In this document: piece by piece, positions 27,575 through 37,447 of the stretch
How positions within the stretch are numbered: the first letter of the stretch is position 1
Layout of the letters: each line of letters opens with the position of its first letter
Source of the DNA: an uncultured delta proteobacterium
GTDB taxonomy: Bacteria; Myxococcota; Kuafuiibacteriia; Kuafuiibacteriales; Kuafuiibacteriaceae
Assembly: GCA_963803435.1 (NCBI GenBank)
Contig: CAWDML010000003.1
Span: forward strand, 992,001-1,056,000
Reading direction: 5' to 3'
DNA length: 64,000 nucleotides
Translations under genes and position numbers: made by a program
The notes under the pieces: generated by a model
Seen by the model: only the letters and a program-made list of their open reading frames with translations
Database searches by the model: none
What the model was told of the DNA's origin: nothing

Positions 27575-30088
27575 ATGCGTGCGTTGACCCTCGCGTTGCT
27601 CCTCGTTCCGCTCCCGGCGCTGGCGATTGCCCCGCCGCCGCCGGTGCCTGGGAAGAATGGGCTGGTGAATGTGAAGGTGCGGCGGATTACCGAGGTGCGG
27701 CCGACGTCGTCGACGGCGCCGCCGCCGGCGACGGCGCTCAAGGGGGAGCATCGGCTGCTGGTGGTCTTGGTGGAGAGTGAGGATACGCCTTGGCCGAAGG
27801 AGTACTCGCCGGCGCGGTATCGGGAGCTGGTGTTCTCGGGGGCGACGGAGTCGATGGCGGAGTACTACCGGGAGAACAGCTATGGGCTGTATCGGTTGAG
27901 CGGGGAGGTGGTGGGGCCGGTGCGGGTGCCGGGCCGGATGAGCGACTACCAGTATGAGCGGGAGCGGCCGGATGGGACGCGGGTGGCGAAGCTGATCGAG
28001 CGGGCGGTGCAGGCGGCGGGGAAGGAGGTCGACCTGACCAGCTTCGATACGCATGACACGCGGGGGAAGAAGCAGAAGGACGGGATCCTCGATCATCTGA
28101 TGGTGATCTACGCAGAGAAGACCGGGCGCTTCGATGGGTTCTCGCCGATCTGGCCGCACCGAGGGTCGCTCGATCTGAAGGTCGGGGGCGTCCGGGTGGC
28201 GAGCTATACGATCCTCAACCATGCCGCGCGGCTGGGCGTGTACGTGCACGAGTTCGGGCACGACCTGGGGCTGCCGGATCTCTACGATCGCGACTACTCG
28301 AGCCATGGGACCGGGGACTGGTGCACGATGGCGACGGGGAGCTGGCTGGGCGAGGCGGGGCATCCGGCGCACTTCTCGGCCTGGGCGAAGATGCGGCTGG
28401 GGTGGATTACGCCGAAGGTCATCTCCGAGGCGGTGGAGAGCATCGACGTGCCGTCTTCGTCGGAGAAGCCGTTCGCGCTGAAGATCCCGCTCGGGGAGGT
28501 CGACTCGCCGGAGTACTTCGTGATCGAGAATCGCCGGAAGGTCGGGTTCGACGCGATGCTGCCGACCGAGGGGATCCTGATCTGGCACATCGACGAGCGG
28601 AAGGGCGACAACGACGACGAGAACCGGAAGCTGGTCGATCTGGTCGAGGGCGACAAGGAGCAGGATCTCGATCGCGTCGATCAATTCTCGCTCCCCAAGT
28701 ATCTGCCGGACACCTTCCGCAAGGGCGGCAAGATGGAGCTCTCCGACTCGACCGATCCCAGCGCGCGCTCCAACGATGGCACGCCGTCGGGCATCGACAT
28801 CCGCGTGCTGACCGAGGCGACCCGGGTGATGAAGGTGTCGATCGCGCGGCCGAAGATCTTCGATCCGGGCGGCGTTCGCTTCACGCTCATGAAGGACGGC
28901 TACAACCACGGGCGGTTCGCGACGGTGCCGCTCGGCGCCGGCTCCGAGGCGCTGATGGCGCTCGACGCCACGCCCGGCGGCTACCTCGCGTTCGCCGCCG
29001 AGGCGTTCGTCTCGGGCGCGCCCGGGAGCCAGGATCAGCTCACCTTCCGCGTCTACGACGGCAGCCGGGGCGATCCGGGTCGGGTCCTGGCACAGGAGAC
29101 CGTCAAGGTGACGCTCTCGCGCGAGGCCTACGCCGAGGTGCGGGCGCGCCTCGGACCGAAGGGGCACGGGCTGGCGCTGGGGGCGCTCCAGCGGGTCTGG
29201 GTCGGCGTGACCTCCGAGCGCGGCCGCGTCTACCCGGTGCTCAACCCGTTCAGCACCAGCAAGTCGGGACGCTTCCGCGCCAAGCAGACCGGGAAGAAGC
29301 TCGAGGACAGCTTCAACTTCTCGAGCGGCCGGCAGCCGGTGTCCGACTACGTGGTGCGGCTCGACGGCTTCGGCTACCTGAAGGGCGACGACCGCCCCGA
29401 TCCGCTGGCGAACGACGACGACCCCCTGGTGGTGAAGCTCAAGGCGATCGACAAGCTCGCCGATCAGAAGAAGCACGATCTCGCCCTCCCGCAGTACGAG
29501 GCGGTGCTCGCGGAGATGGAGAAGGACTCGCGGCGCTACGAGTCCTGGATCCCGGTGGTGGTGAACTCGATCGGCGTGTCGGCGTACGAGCTGAAGAAGT
29601 ACGACGTGGCGCTCGAGCGCTTCGAGGCCACGCTCCGGCGCGCGCTGGCAGCCAAGGATCGTCCGAACCTCGCCGACGTCTACGAGAACATCGGTGAGAC
29701 TGCGTTCGCCGCCGGGCAGCTGCCGCGGGCGCTCGAGAGCTGCGATCGCTCGTATGGGATCAACGCCGATCTGGCCCGCAAGGATCGTCTGGTCGAGAAC
29801 CTGTACTGGCTCGGCCGCGGACATCAGGCGGACGGACATGCCGACGACGCCAAGGGCTTCTTCGAGAAGGCGCTGGTCGCTGCCCACGAGGCGTTCCGCA
29901 AGGACGCGGACGAGGACAAGCGCTGGACCGACCGGATCGAGCTCGCGCTGAAGGGCGCTCCCGAGGACGACCCGGGCGTGAAGCGCCGGACCGACGCCAT
30001 CGACAAGGGCTCGAAGAAGAAGCACGAGGCCGTCTACACCGACCTGCTCCAGTTCCTCTCGGACGACACGTCCGAGAGCAGTCAGTGA
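27575..30088 (+). CDS. M6-family (immune inhibitor A-like) metalloprotease with C-terminal TPRs
   Basis: Signal peptide from the ATG at 27575; YYRENSYG, IWPH, HEFGHDLGLPDLYD, W..MATGSW, EYFVIENR, GILIWHIDE. Confidence 0.9.
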   Translation: MRALTLALLLVPLPALAIAPPPPVPGKNGLVNVKVRRITEVRPTSSTAPPPATALKGEHRLLVVLVESEDTPWPKEYSPARYRELVFSGATESMAEYYRENSYGLYRLSGEVVGPVRVPGRMSDYQYERERPDGTRVAKLIERAVQAAGKEVDLTSFDTHDTRGKKQKDGILDHLMVIYAEKTGRFDGFSPIWPHRGSLDLKVGGVRVASYTILNHAARLGVYVHEFGHDLGLPDLYDRDYSSHGTGDWCTMATGSWLGEAGHPAHFSAWAKMRLGWITPKVISEAVESIDVPSSSEKPFALKIPLGEVDSPEYFVIENRRKVGFDAMLPTEGILIWHIDERKGDNDDENRKLVDLVEGDKEQDLDRVDQFSLPKYLPDTFRKGGKMELSDSTDPSARSNDGTPSGIDIRVLTEATRVMKVSIARPKIFDPGGVRFTLMKDGYNHGRFATVPLGAGSEALMALDATPGGYLAFAAEAFVSGAPGSQDQLTFRVYDGSRGDPGRVLAQETVKVTLSREAYAEVRARLGPKGHGLALGALQRVWVGVTSERGRVYPVLNPFSTSKSGRFRAKQTGKKLEDSFNFSSGRQPVSDYVVRLDGFGYLKGDDRPDPLANDDDPLVVKLKAIDKLADQKKHDLALPQYEAVLAEMEKDSRRYESWIPVVVNSIGVSAYELKKYDVALERFEATLRRALAAKDRPNLADVYENIGETAFAAGQLPRALESCDRSYGINADLARKDRLVENLYWLGRGHQADGHADDAKGFFEKALVAAHEAFRKDADEDKRWTDRIELALKGAPEDDPGVKRRTDAIDKGSKKKHEAVYTDLLQFLSDDTSESSQ

Positions 30089-30636
30089 CTCGACTGATCC
30101 AGCACCAGCTCACGCACCAGCACCGAGTCGCGGGTGATCGCGACGCTGCAAGCTCCACCCTCGTCGGTCAGCGCGCAGACTGCACATCGGTCGTCCGCCG
30201 AGACGTAGAGGGTGTAGCGACCCGGATCGAGACGGATGACCAGCTCGCCCCGATCGGAGGCGTCGCCGTCGAACACCGCGACCTGCGAGAGGTCGTCGAC
30301 GTCGAACGCCGGCGCGCAGGCGGGCGCGATCGGGACGCTCACGTTCACCGGTACGATCTGCACGCGTAGGGGTTCTCGTTCGCGGGCGCAACGACCGTCG
30401 CTTCCTCCGCAACGCCCGGTCGAGGGCGCCGAATCCATCGCGCGGCAGTCCCCGAACACGTGGGTCGTCGAGACCGCAAGACCCGTGTCGATCGTGGGAT
30501 CGATCTCTTTCGCTCGCGCGGGCGTCATCGGTGGATCTGCCGGCGGACAGGTCTGGATCTCGCAGCTGCCGCCGGCGGCCAGCGGGGTGAGGAGAACGAG
30601 CGCGAGTAGGGCGCGACCCTCCACCGCTCGGATCAT
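30082..30636 (-). CDS. Hypothetical Cys-containing secreted or lipoprotein
   Basis: Hydrophobic N-terminus ending AGGSC, with several Cys pairs. Confidence 0.55.
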   Translation of the reverse strand: MIRAVEGRALLALVLLTPLAAGGSCEIQTCPPADPPMTPARAKEIDPTIDTGLAVSTTHVFGDCRAMDSAPSTGRCGGSDGRCAREREPLRVQIVPVNVSVPIAPACAPAFDVDDLSQVAVFDGDASDRGELVIRLDPGRYTLYVSADDRCAVCALTDEGGACSVAITRDSVLVRELVLDQSSH

Positions 30637-30692
30637 AGCTTGCCTCCCGGCAGAACTCTCGGCATGGATCCGCCCCGAAAGGAGCCCGAACG

Positions 30693-31509
30693 ATGCGCAT
30701 GATGTGGATGCTGTTGCCTTGCTCGTTCGTCCTCGCGACCGGGTGTGGGATCTCGCAGGAGGAGCACCAGAAGGCGCTGGACGCCCAGAAGTCGGCGTTC
30801 GATGCCGAGATGCAGAAGATGCGAGCTGCCCAGGAGAAGGAGGTCGGCGAGCGCGATCAGGTCCTCAAGAGCAAGGATCAGATGATCGCAGGGCTCGAGG
30901 GCGAGGTCACCAAGATGGGCGGTGACCTGGCCAAGGTCCGCACCCAGCTGGGCGATCAGAATCACCGAGCTGGCCTCGACGAAGTCCGAGCTGGCGGCCA
31001 CCACCCAGGAGGTCGAGGAGCTGAGAAAGCTGCGGGAGCGCGCCGAGCGCGAGGCGTCTCAGCAGCGCGCGCTCGCCGAGCGGCTGAAGGGCATGATCGA
31101 CGCCGGACAGCTCGAGGTGGTGAAGCGCAAAGGTCGGCTCATGCTGAAGCTGCCGGACGAGATCCTCTTCCCCTCGGGGAGCAAGAGCCTGAAGAAGGAG
31201 GGCCGCGAGGCGCTCGAGCAGGTCGCCAACGTCCTCAAGGAGGTGAAGGATCGCGACTTCATCATCGCGGGTCACACGGACAACGTGCCGGTGAAGCGCC
31301 ATGGGCCGTTCAAGGACAACTGGGAGCTCTCGACGGCGCGCGCGGTCGAGGTCGTGGCGCTGATGACCAAGGCGGGCGTCGCGCCCGAGCAGCTCTCTGC
31401 GGCGGGCTTCGGCGAGCACGATCCGATCGAGAGCAACGACACCAAGGAGGGGCGTGAGAAAAATCGGCGCCTCGAGATCATCCTGATGCCCAAGATTGGA
31501 GATATCTGA
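30693..31509 (+). pseudogene. OmpA/MotB-family lipoprotein with coiled coil; +1 frameshift at ~30960
   Basis: Lipobox LATGC. ...LGDQ joins ITELASTK...; motifs ILFPSGS, GHTDN, NWELSTARA, NRRLEI. Confidence 0.85.
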
Positions 31510-31520
31510 GTAGACTGGCC

Positions 31521-32078
31521 GTGGTGCGCCCCACGCTCATCGTCCCCGCGATCCTGCTGGCGGGTTGTCTCCCGAATCCCCAGTCCGTCAAGGAGCGTCG
31601 GGAATCGTTCCCGCGGGGAGATCTGATCGGCTCGCTCATCCTCGATGCGCCGCCGGCGGGGATGAAGCCCGTGGGCGCGGTGTTCGGCGAGCGGCTGAAG
31701 CTTCTCGGCTACACCATGGATCCGCCGGCGCCGCGGCCTGGGGATCGGATCACGGTCACCTACTTCTGGACGGCGCTGAAGACGGTGGACGAGGACTACC
31801 AGGTCTTCGTCCACGGGGACGCCATCACCGGCAACTCGAGCCGCCTGCACGGCGATCACTTTCCTGCCGACGGCGACTACCCGACCGACGTCTGGCAGGT
31901 GGGCGAGATCGTGGTGGATCCGTTCAAGATCTGGATCCCGCCGGGCTATGGGCCCAAGCAGCTCGGGCTCTTCACAGGGCTCTACAAGGACAAGTATCGC
32001 GTGCCGTTGACGGATCGCGGCCTGGCGTTCGGCACCGGCGACAACCGGTCGCGCGCGGTCGAGATCGTCTTTCCCTGA
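31521..32078 (+). CDS. Hypothetical lipoprotein with an Ig-like domain
   Basis: Lipobox LAGC; FGERLKLLGY, VTYFW, YQVFVH, PTDVWQVGEIVVD. Confidence 0.75.
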   Translation: MVRPTLIVPAILLAGCLPNPQSVKERRESFPRGDLIGSLILDAPPAGMKPVGAVFGERLKLLGYTMDPPAPRPGDRITVTYFWTALKTVDEDYQVFVHGDAITGNSSRLHGDHFPADGDYPTDVWQVGEIVVDPFKIWIPPGYGPKQLGLFTGLYKDKYRVPLTDRGLAFGTGDNRSRAVEIVFP

Positions 32079-32123
32079 ACCGCGTTGCATTTGTGGGGGG
32101 CTTCGGGGCAGGATCACCCCGGT

Positions 32124-32549
32124 ATGGCCCGCCAAGGCGTAGAACACGAAGACGCCATCAACGAGTGGATCAAGGCGTTCGAGAAGCTCCCGGAAGACCG
32201 CCAAGAGACGCTCCGGAAGTGGTTCGCCACCCAGAAGGTCATCATCGAGAACTCGGGTCTGTCGCCGGAGGAGTGGTTTGCGTACGTCCAATGGGCCATG
32301 GACAACCCGTTCGACTACTCCTTCGTGAAGGACTTTCCGGACCGTGCAGACGACGGAACCGGCGATTCCGCCAAGCGCGAGGACGAGACGCGGACCGCCC
32401 GGGCGATGGTGGGGGGCGAGCACGCCGTGACGCCGCTGGCCGGTGGGGAGGGCGTCGCGGAGAAGGCCAAGTCCGAGAAGCCCCTCGAGCGTGAGCTCTT
32501 CGACGAGTTCATGAAAAACCGACTGGGCGGCGGTGGTGGCCGAAGGTAA
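32124..32549 (+). CDS. Hypothetical protein
   Basis: Protein-like composition and host-like GC3 codon usage. Confidence 0.65.
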   Translation: MARQGVEHEDAINEWIKAFEKLPEDRQETLRKWFATQKVIIENSGLSPEEWFAYVQWAMDNPFDYSFVKDFPDRADDGTGDSAKREDETRTARAMVGGEHAVTPLAGGEGVAEKAKSEKPLERELFDEFMKNRLGGGGGRR

Positions 32550-32639
32550 TACTCTGTGGGTCGATGTAAGTACCCGAAAACAGGGAAAAAAGTCGCAACG
32601 GGGTGGGCGCGCGTCCGATAAGTCCGACTGGAGGTTGAA

Positions 32640-32984
32640 ATGTTTGGAACTGCAATCAAGTTGGGCGTCGGGCTGATCGCGGGCGGCCACCTGCTCGGCA
32701 AGCTCTTCGGGAGCGATCCCGACTTCACCCAGGCCTACATGATCAACCGGATGACCGGGCAGGGTGGGTTCTGGAAAACGTACTTTTCAGACGGGCTGAA
32801 AAAGATGTTTTTGGGCTCCCGAACCGCCGCCGCCATGTGGGGCAGCGGCTATGGCGCAGGTCTCTACCGCAGCCCGTACATGATGGGCATGAACCCGTAC
32901 ATGATGAATCCGATGCTGATGGGCGGGATGCCGTACGGAATGGGCTTCGGCGGGATGATGTGGGGCGCGGGCCGCTGCTTCTAG
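32640..32984 (+). CDS. Small Gly/Met/Tyr-rich hypothetical protein
   Basis: RBS GGAGG at 32630-32634; low-complexity C-terminus YMMGMNPYMMNPMLMGGMPYGMG. Confidence 0.75.
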   Translation: MFGTAIKLGVGLIAGGHLLGKLFGSDPDFTQAYMINRMTGQGGFWKTYFSDGLKKMFLGSRTAAAMWGSGYGAGLYRSPYMMGMNPYMMNPMLMGGMPYGMGFGGMMWGAGRCF

Positions 32985-33005
32985 GCCGCGCTTCGGAGGG
33001 GTCGC

Positions 33006-33275
33006 ATGGCGGAGAAGATCGAAAAGCTGGGCCCCCGGGATCGACGGATCACGAAGCACATCTCCGCGATCAGCGAAGCCGGGATGGACATTGAGAAGTT
33101 CGCAGCTGCGCTTCGCGATGTCCGGGACGATCCCCAGATCACCACGGCCCATCGCGACGCCATCTGGAAGACGCTCGCTCAGGAGGCCGCGCAGGCCTAC
33201 TTCGTCTTCGTCACGGGCAAGCCGATCGACATCGAAGCGATGATCGGCGGCGAGATTCCACAGACGCCCGAGTGA
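33006..33275 (+). CDS. Small helical hypothetical protein
   Basis: GGAGG RBS upstream; 89 aa. Confidence 0.65.
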   Translation: MAEKIEKLGPRDRRITKHISAISEAGMDIEKFAAALRDVRDDPQITTAHRDAIWKTLAQEAAQAYFVFVTGKPIDIEAMIGGEIPQTPE

Positions 33276-33278
33276 CGC

Positions 33279-34298
33279 TCACGCCATCGCTCGCTTGAAT
33301 CCTGCGATCGCGAGGTCGATCCCCGCCTCATCCACGTCGAGGTGCGTGACCGCCCGAATCGCGCGCGGCCCCATGGCGTTCACCAGCACGCCCTCCTTCT
33401 TCAAGCGATCCACGACCTCCTGCGCGTCGCGCGTCGTCTCGAGGTAGGCGATGTTGGTGGGGAAGTCGTCGGGGTCGATCGACAGGCCGTCGATCTGGGC
33501 GAGCCCTTCGGTGAGTCGCCGCAGGTGGTGGTGGTCGCGCTCCAGGCGGTCGACGTGGTGCTCGATCGCGAACAGCGCCGCTGCCGCCAGCACGCCCACC
33601 TGACGCATGCCGCCGCCGAGCATCTTACGCTGGCGGTGTGCCTCCTCGATGAACCCGCGATCACCGGCGATGACGCTGCCGATGGGCGCACCCAGCCCCT
33701 TCGAGAAGCAGACGGAGACCGAGTCCGCAGCTGCGGCGAGCTCGCCGAGCGCGCGGCCGCTCTTCACGGACGCGTTCCAGAGGCGCGCGCCGTCGAGATG
33801 GAAGCGAAGACCGCGACGCCTCGCCATCTCGCCGATCGCATGGAGGGCGTCGGCGTCGTAGAGCGTCCCGCCGCCGCCGTTCGAGGTGTTCTCGACGATC
33901 ACCATCGCGGTACGCGCGTAGTGATCCCAGCGCGGTCGGATCGCCGCCTCGATCTGGCTCGCGGTCAAGAGCCCGCGGGTCCCGGGGACCGCGTTGGCCT
34001 GGACGTGGCTGATGCCTCCGAGCGCGCCGCTCTCGTAGAGGAAGGAGTGGCCGTGGCCTTCGACGATCACCTCGTCGCCGGCGCGGGTGAAGACGCGGAC
34101 GGCGATCTGGTTGGCCATCGATCCCGAGACGACGAAGAGCGACGCCTCCTTGCCCAGGCGCTCCGCCATCAGCGCCTGCAGGCGATTGACGGTGGGGTCC
34201 TCTCCATAGACGTCGTCACCGACGTCGGCGTCGGCCATCGCCTTGCGCATGGCCGCCGTCGGCCGAGTCACAGTGTCGGAGCGGAGATCGACAGTCAC
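33279..34298 (-). CDS. ltaE: Low-specificity L-threonine aldolase
   Basis: [52 protein letters not shown]. Confidence 0.95.
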   Translation of the reverse strand: MTVDLRSDTVTRPTAAMRKAMADADVGDDVYGEDPTVNRLQALMAERLGKEASLFVVSGSMANQIAVRVFTRAGDEVIVEGHGHSFLYESGALGGISHVQANAVPGTRGLLTASQIEAAIRPRWDHYARTAMVIVENTSNGGGGTLYDADALHAIGEMARRRGLRFHLDGARLWNASVKSGRALGELAAAADSVSVCFSKGLGAPIGSVIAGDRGFIEEAHRQRKMLGGGMRQVGVLAAAALFAIEHHVDRLERDHHHLRRLTEGLAQIDGLSIDPDDFPTNIAYLETTRDAQEVVDRLKKEGVLVNAMGPRAIRAVTHLDVDEAGIDLAIAGFKRAMA

Positions 34299-36157
34299 GA
34301 TCGACGGCGAGTGAACGCGATCCCGAGGAGGGAGACAAGCAGGAGCGAGAGCCAGGTGGCGCCGTGCGTCTCGATCGCGGTGCACCCGCACCCGCCGTGG
34401 TCGCGCCCGCCGCCTGCAGTCTTGCACTCGGGGTCGCAAGAGCAGTTGTCGTCGCAGGCGAAGGTCAGGTCGCAGGCGCAGGGGACGCACTCGGGATCGC
34501 ACGCGCAGTTGCCGGTGCCGTCGGCGCTGACGTCGCACGAGAAGGTCACGTCGCACGCGCATCCGGCCGCGCACTGGGGATCGCAGGCGCAGTTGCCGCC
34601 GTTGCCGTCGCCGTCGCAGGCGTCGCTGGTGTCGCAGTCGCAGCCAACCGGGCACATCGGATCGCAGCTACAGTTGTCCTGGCAGCCGTCGCCGGTGTCG
34701 CACGGGCACGGGTTCACGCACTCGGGATCGCAATCGCAGCCCTGATCGCAGGCGCCGAGGGTGACGTCGCAGGTGCACTCGGGCTGACACATCGCGGTGG
34801 GCAGGCAGATGGTGCTGGGGCTGCCCGTGAACTCCTGGCAGCAGTAGTCCGCCGGGCAGGAGCCGGCGCTGGTGCAGGGCCGGGTGCAGAGGCCGACCGG
34901 CGGGCTGCCCACAGAGGGCAGGCAGACGTTCGCCTCGAGCTGATCGCAGTCGTCGATGCTGGCGCAGGGGCCGCCGATCGGAGACTTGGGATCCGCCATC
35001 AGCGCATAGTCGAGCTCACCGAGGTTGCGGGTGCCCTGCTTGAAGCCGGTGGCGTAGTCGTCGACGAGGCCCTCGAACTCGATCTTCTGCGCGTTGCTGA
35101 GGCCTCCGGTCTGGCCTGCGAGCATGACGAAGGCGACGCGCCAGCGCGTGGGCGCGACGCCCGCGGCGGGGTTGCGATCGCCGTGGAGGGTCTGGATGTC
35201 GGCGATCGTGAGGTCGACGCGCGTCCCGCTGATCGTCGCCGGCTGGATGATCTGCGGCGGGGAGCTCTTGGTGATCGTCTGTCCGAAGAGGTCCGTCTGG
35301 CCGTTGACGTTGGGGTTCGTGATCACGAACCACGGCATCACATCGCCCGGTGCAATGAGGCCCATCAGGTAGAGATCGAGATCGCTGTAGTGCCAGTTGT
35401 TGGTGCCGGTGATGGTGGTGAACGTACCGTTCTGGTTGTCGCGCCAGTTGTTGCCTTCCATCGGCGATCCGCCGGTCTGGAGGAAGAAGCTCCAGTGGCT
35501 GTCGTCGCGACCGAGCATGACGTCGGGGCCGGCGCCGTTTCCATTCGGACCGGCGTTGGTGAAAGAGGCCCAGCGATGACCCGCCTCCTGGTTGAAGACG
35601 CTTCGCGCCTGCGCTCGGATGACCTCCTGCGGCGCGCCCTGGAAGACCTGTTCGAAGGACTTCCAGTAGTTCATGAAGACGAAGCCCTCGCGCGGATCCA
35701 AGCCATTGCCGTCGAAGAGATCGCTGCCGATACCGCGGGTGCTGTTCGACTCGGGCGAGTAGAAGAACGCACCGACGCCGGTCTCGAACGCGGTGAAGAG
35801 GTAGACGAAGATGAAGTCGTCCGGAACGGCCTGATAAAGCTCGTTCAGCGCGAAGTTGAACGACTCGAAGAGGTCCTGCTGGCGCTGCCAGGGGATGGTG
35901 AGGGACCCGTCGGTGTCCTGGATGTAGACGTAGTTTCGCCGGACCTCGACGGCCGGGAGCCCCGCCAGGCCCTTCTGCTCGGCGTACGTCGGCTTTTGAC
36001 CGTGAATGTAGGCGTAGTCGAGCCGATTCCGGATCGCGGGGCTTCCGGACAGGTCGTAGCGGGCTTCGGTCCGACCGAACAGATCCTGCGCCTGCGCCGG
36101 TCGAGCGGCGGCGACAAATCCACAGAGGAGGAGGAGGGCAGTACAGCGAATCTTCAT
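34295..36157 (-). CDS. Secreted surface protein: zincin-like domain, Cys/Asp repeats and MYXO-CTERM-like tail
   Basis: Signal peptide; NQEAGHRW...SHWS; DLDLYLMG; five CxCD...CxCDPxC repeats; GGCGC followed by a TM helix and RRRS. Confidence 0.75.
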   Translation of the reverse strand: MKIRCTALLLLCGFVAAARPAQAQDLFGRTEARYDLSGSPAIRNRLDYAYIHGQKPTYAEQKGLAGLPAVEVRRNYVYIQDTDGSLTIPWQRQQDLFESFNFALNELYQAVPDDFIFVYLFTAFETGVGAFFYSPESNSTRGIGSDLFDGNGLDPREGFVFMNYWKSFEQVFQGAPQEVIRAQARSVFNQEAGHRWASFTNAGPNGNGAGPDVMLGRDDSHWSFFLQTGGSPMEGNNWRDNQNGTFTTITGTNNWHYSDLDLYLMGLIAPGDVMPWFVITNPNVNGQTDLFGQTITKSSPPQIIQPATISGTRVDLTIADIQTLHGDRNPAAGVAPTRWRVAFVMLAGQTGGLSNAQKIEFEGLVDDYATGFKQGTRNLGELDYALMADPKSPIGGPCASIDDCDQLEANVCLPSVGSPPVGLCTRPCTSAGSCPADYCCQEFTGSPSTICLPTAMCQPECTCDVTLGACDQGCDCDPECVNPCPCDTGDGCQDNCSCDPMCPVGCDCDTSDACDGDGNGGNCACDPQCAAGCACDVTFSCDVSADGTGNCACDPECVPCACDLTFACDDNCSCDPECKTAGGGRDHGGCGCTAIETHGATWLSLLLVSLLGIAFTRRRS

Positions 36158-36274
36158 TGGTGGAGTGGTCCCAGGTCCCACTCGCTACCGTCCCGTTTTG
36201 GAGGCAGGTCCGACCATCCGCCGAGCGTCCTATGGCGTCTATTACGTAAGGGCCGGAGTTCCCTTGGGATTTGA

Positions 36275-36347
36275 AGCCCGCAGTCGGACTCGAACCAACG
36301 ACCTGCGCATTACGAATGCGCTGCTCTACCAGCTGAGCTATGCGGGC
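36275..36347 (-). tRNA. tRNA-Thr(CGT)
   Basis: GCCCGCATAGCTCAGCTGGTAGAGCAGCGCATTCGTAATGCGCAGGTCGTTGGTTCGAGTCCGACTGCGGGCT. CCA is not encoded. Confidence 0.96.
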
Positions 36348-36464
36348 GGGGGGCGCGGTTTAGCTAACACGGAGAGGGGTCGACGGGAACACTTCTCTTC
36401 CAAGCCCGTATTTACCCGTATATTGAGCTTTAATTTACGCATAATTTAACATCATTACTCTCCA

Positions 36465-37406
36465 ATGCTGCAGGCCCTCCTTTTTCTGATCCCTGCCGCC
36501 GACGTCGAGAGCGTCCGCTCCGTCCTGTCGAGCGACCAACCCGGCTCGGTGCAAAGACCGATCGCACTGTCGGATCCAGGGGCCGTGGCCGCCGTGTGCA
36601 GCCTGGTCTCGCGGCGCTCGCCCGTCGATCCCGAAGACGACCTGGCGGAGGCCGATCAGAAGCAGGAGGCCTTCGAAGCCGAGCGGAAGGTGACGTTCGC
36701 GAAGGTCTACCGCGCCACGGTCGATCCCAAGAACGTCCGCTTCGATCCCTACGACGCCGAGGCAGGCGCGCTTCCGGTGGCGACCGAGCGGGCGCTGCCG
36801 GCCCTCGACGGTGCGCTCCTCCTCACGGTGATGGACCGCCAGGGCGCTGCGTTCGAGGTGAAGGTGGACGAGGCGAAGCGGCTCGTCGAGCAGGCGAGCC
36901 AGAAGCAGCTGCGCCTCGCGGTGACGTTTCAGGTCGACGACCATCTCGCCGACCAGGTCAGCCCCTGCTTCAGCTATCCGAAGAGCGAGAGCGCCTCGCT
37001 CCGCGTGCGACCGCTCCGCTATGCGCTCCTCGACTCGGGAGGCCAGGAGCTGGCCGCGGTCTCCACCCCACGCATGGAGGCGCTCGACGAATGGCTCGAG
37101 CACAAGGGCGCGAAGACCGAGCTCTCGAGCCACGTCGTCAACGGCGTCGTCAATCAGGCGGCGCTCGATCGGGCGATCGAGGGGAAGCGGAGCGCGGTCG
37201 ACGCCTGTCTCGAGCGGGCCGGCGATGCGCCCTCGTTCGGCCTGCTGGCCGCCGTCGCGGGCGGGAAGCTGGCGGACGTCAAGGTGGAGATGGAGGCGTC
37301 CGACGATCCCGACGCGGCGGCATGCCTGGCACGCACGCTGGCGGGGACGGCCGCACCGCGGGCTTCGGGCGGCGCGTCGGTCAGCGTGGTGGTCTCGCGC
37401 GAGTAG
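36465..37406 (+). CDS. Hypothetical secreted protein with a TonB-C/AgmX-like C-terminal domain
   Basis: Short hydrophobic N-terminus; C-terminal AVDACL...AAACLARTL Cys pair. Confidence 0.55.
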   Translation: MLQALLFLIPAADVESVRSVLSSDQPGSVQRPIALSDPGAVAAVCSLVSRRSPVDPEDDLAEADQKQEAFEAERKVTFAKVYRATVDPKNVRFDPYDAEAGALPVATERALPALDGALLLTVMDRQGAAFEVKVDEAKRLVEQASQKQLRLAVTFQVDDHLADQVSPCFSYPKSESASLRVRPLRYALLDSGGQELAAVSTPRMEALDEWLEHKGAKTELSSHVVNGVVNQAALDRAIEGKRSAVDACLERAGDAPSFGLLAAVAGGKLADVKVEMEASDDPDAAACLARTLAGTAAPRASGGASVSVVVSRE

Positions 37407-37447
37407 CCGGGCAGGGCATCGGAAGAGATCGCGGGGCGGGCGGCAGG

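Noticed and set aside
36405-36462. AT-rich patch resembling dif (TTTACGCATAA, ATTTAACATCA)
   Set aside because: The two half-site-like pieces overlap instead of flanking a 6-bp spacer in the right orientation. It is better explained as the divergent promoter region of tRNA-Thr and the gene at 36465.
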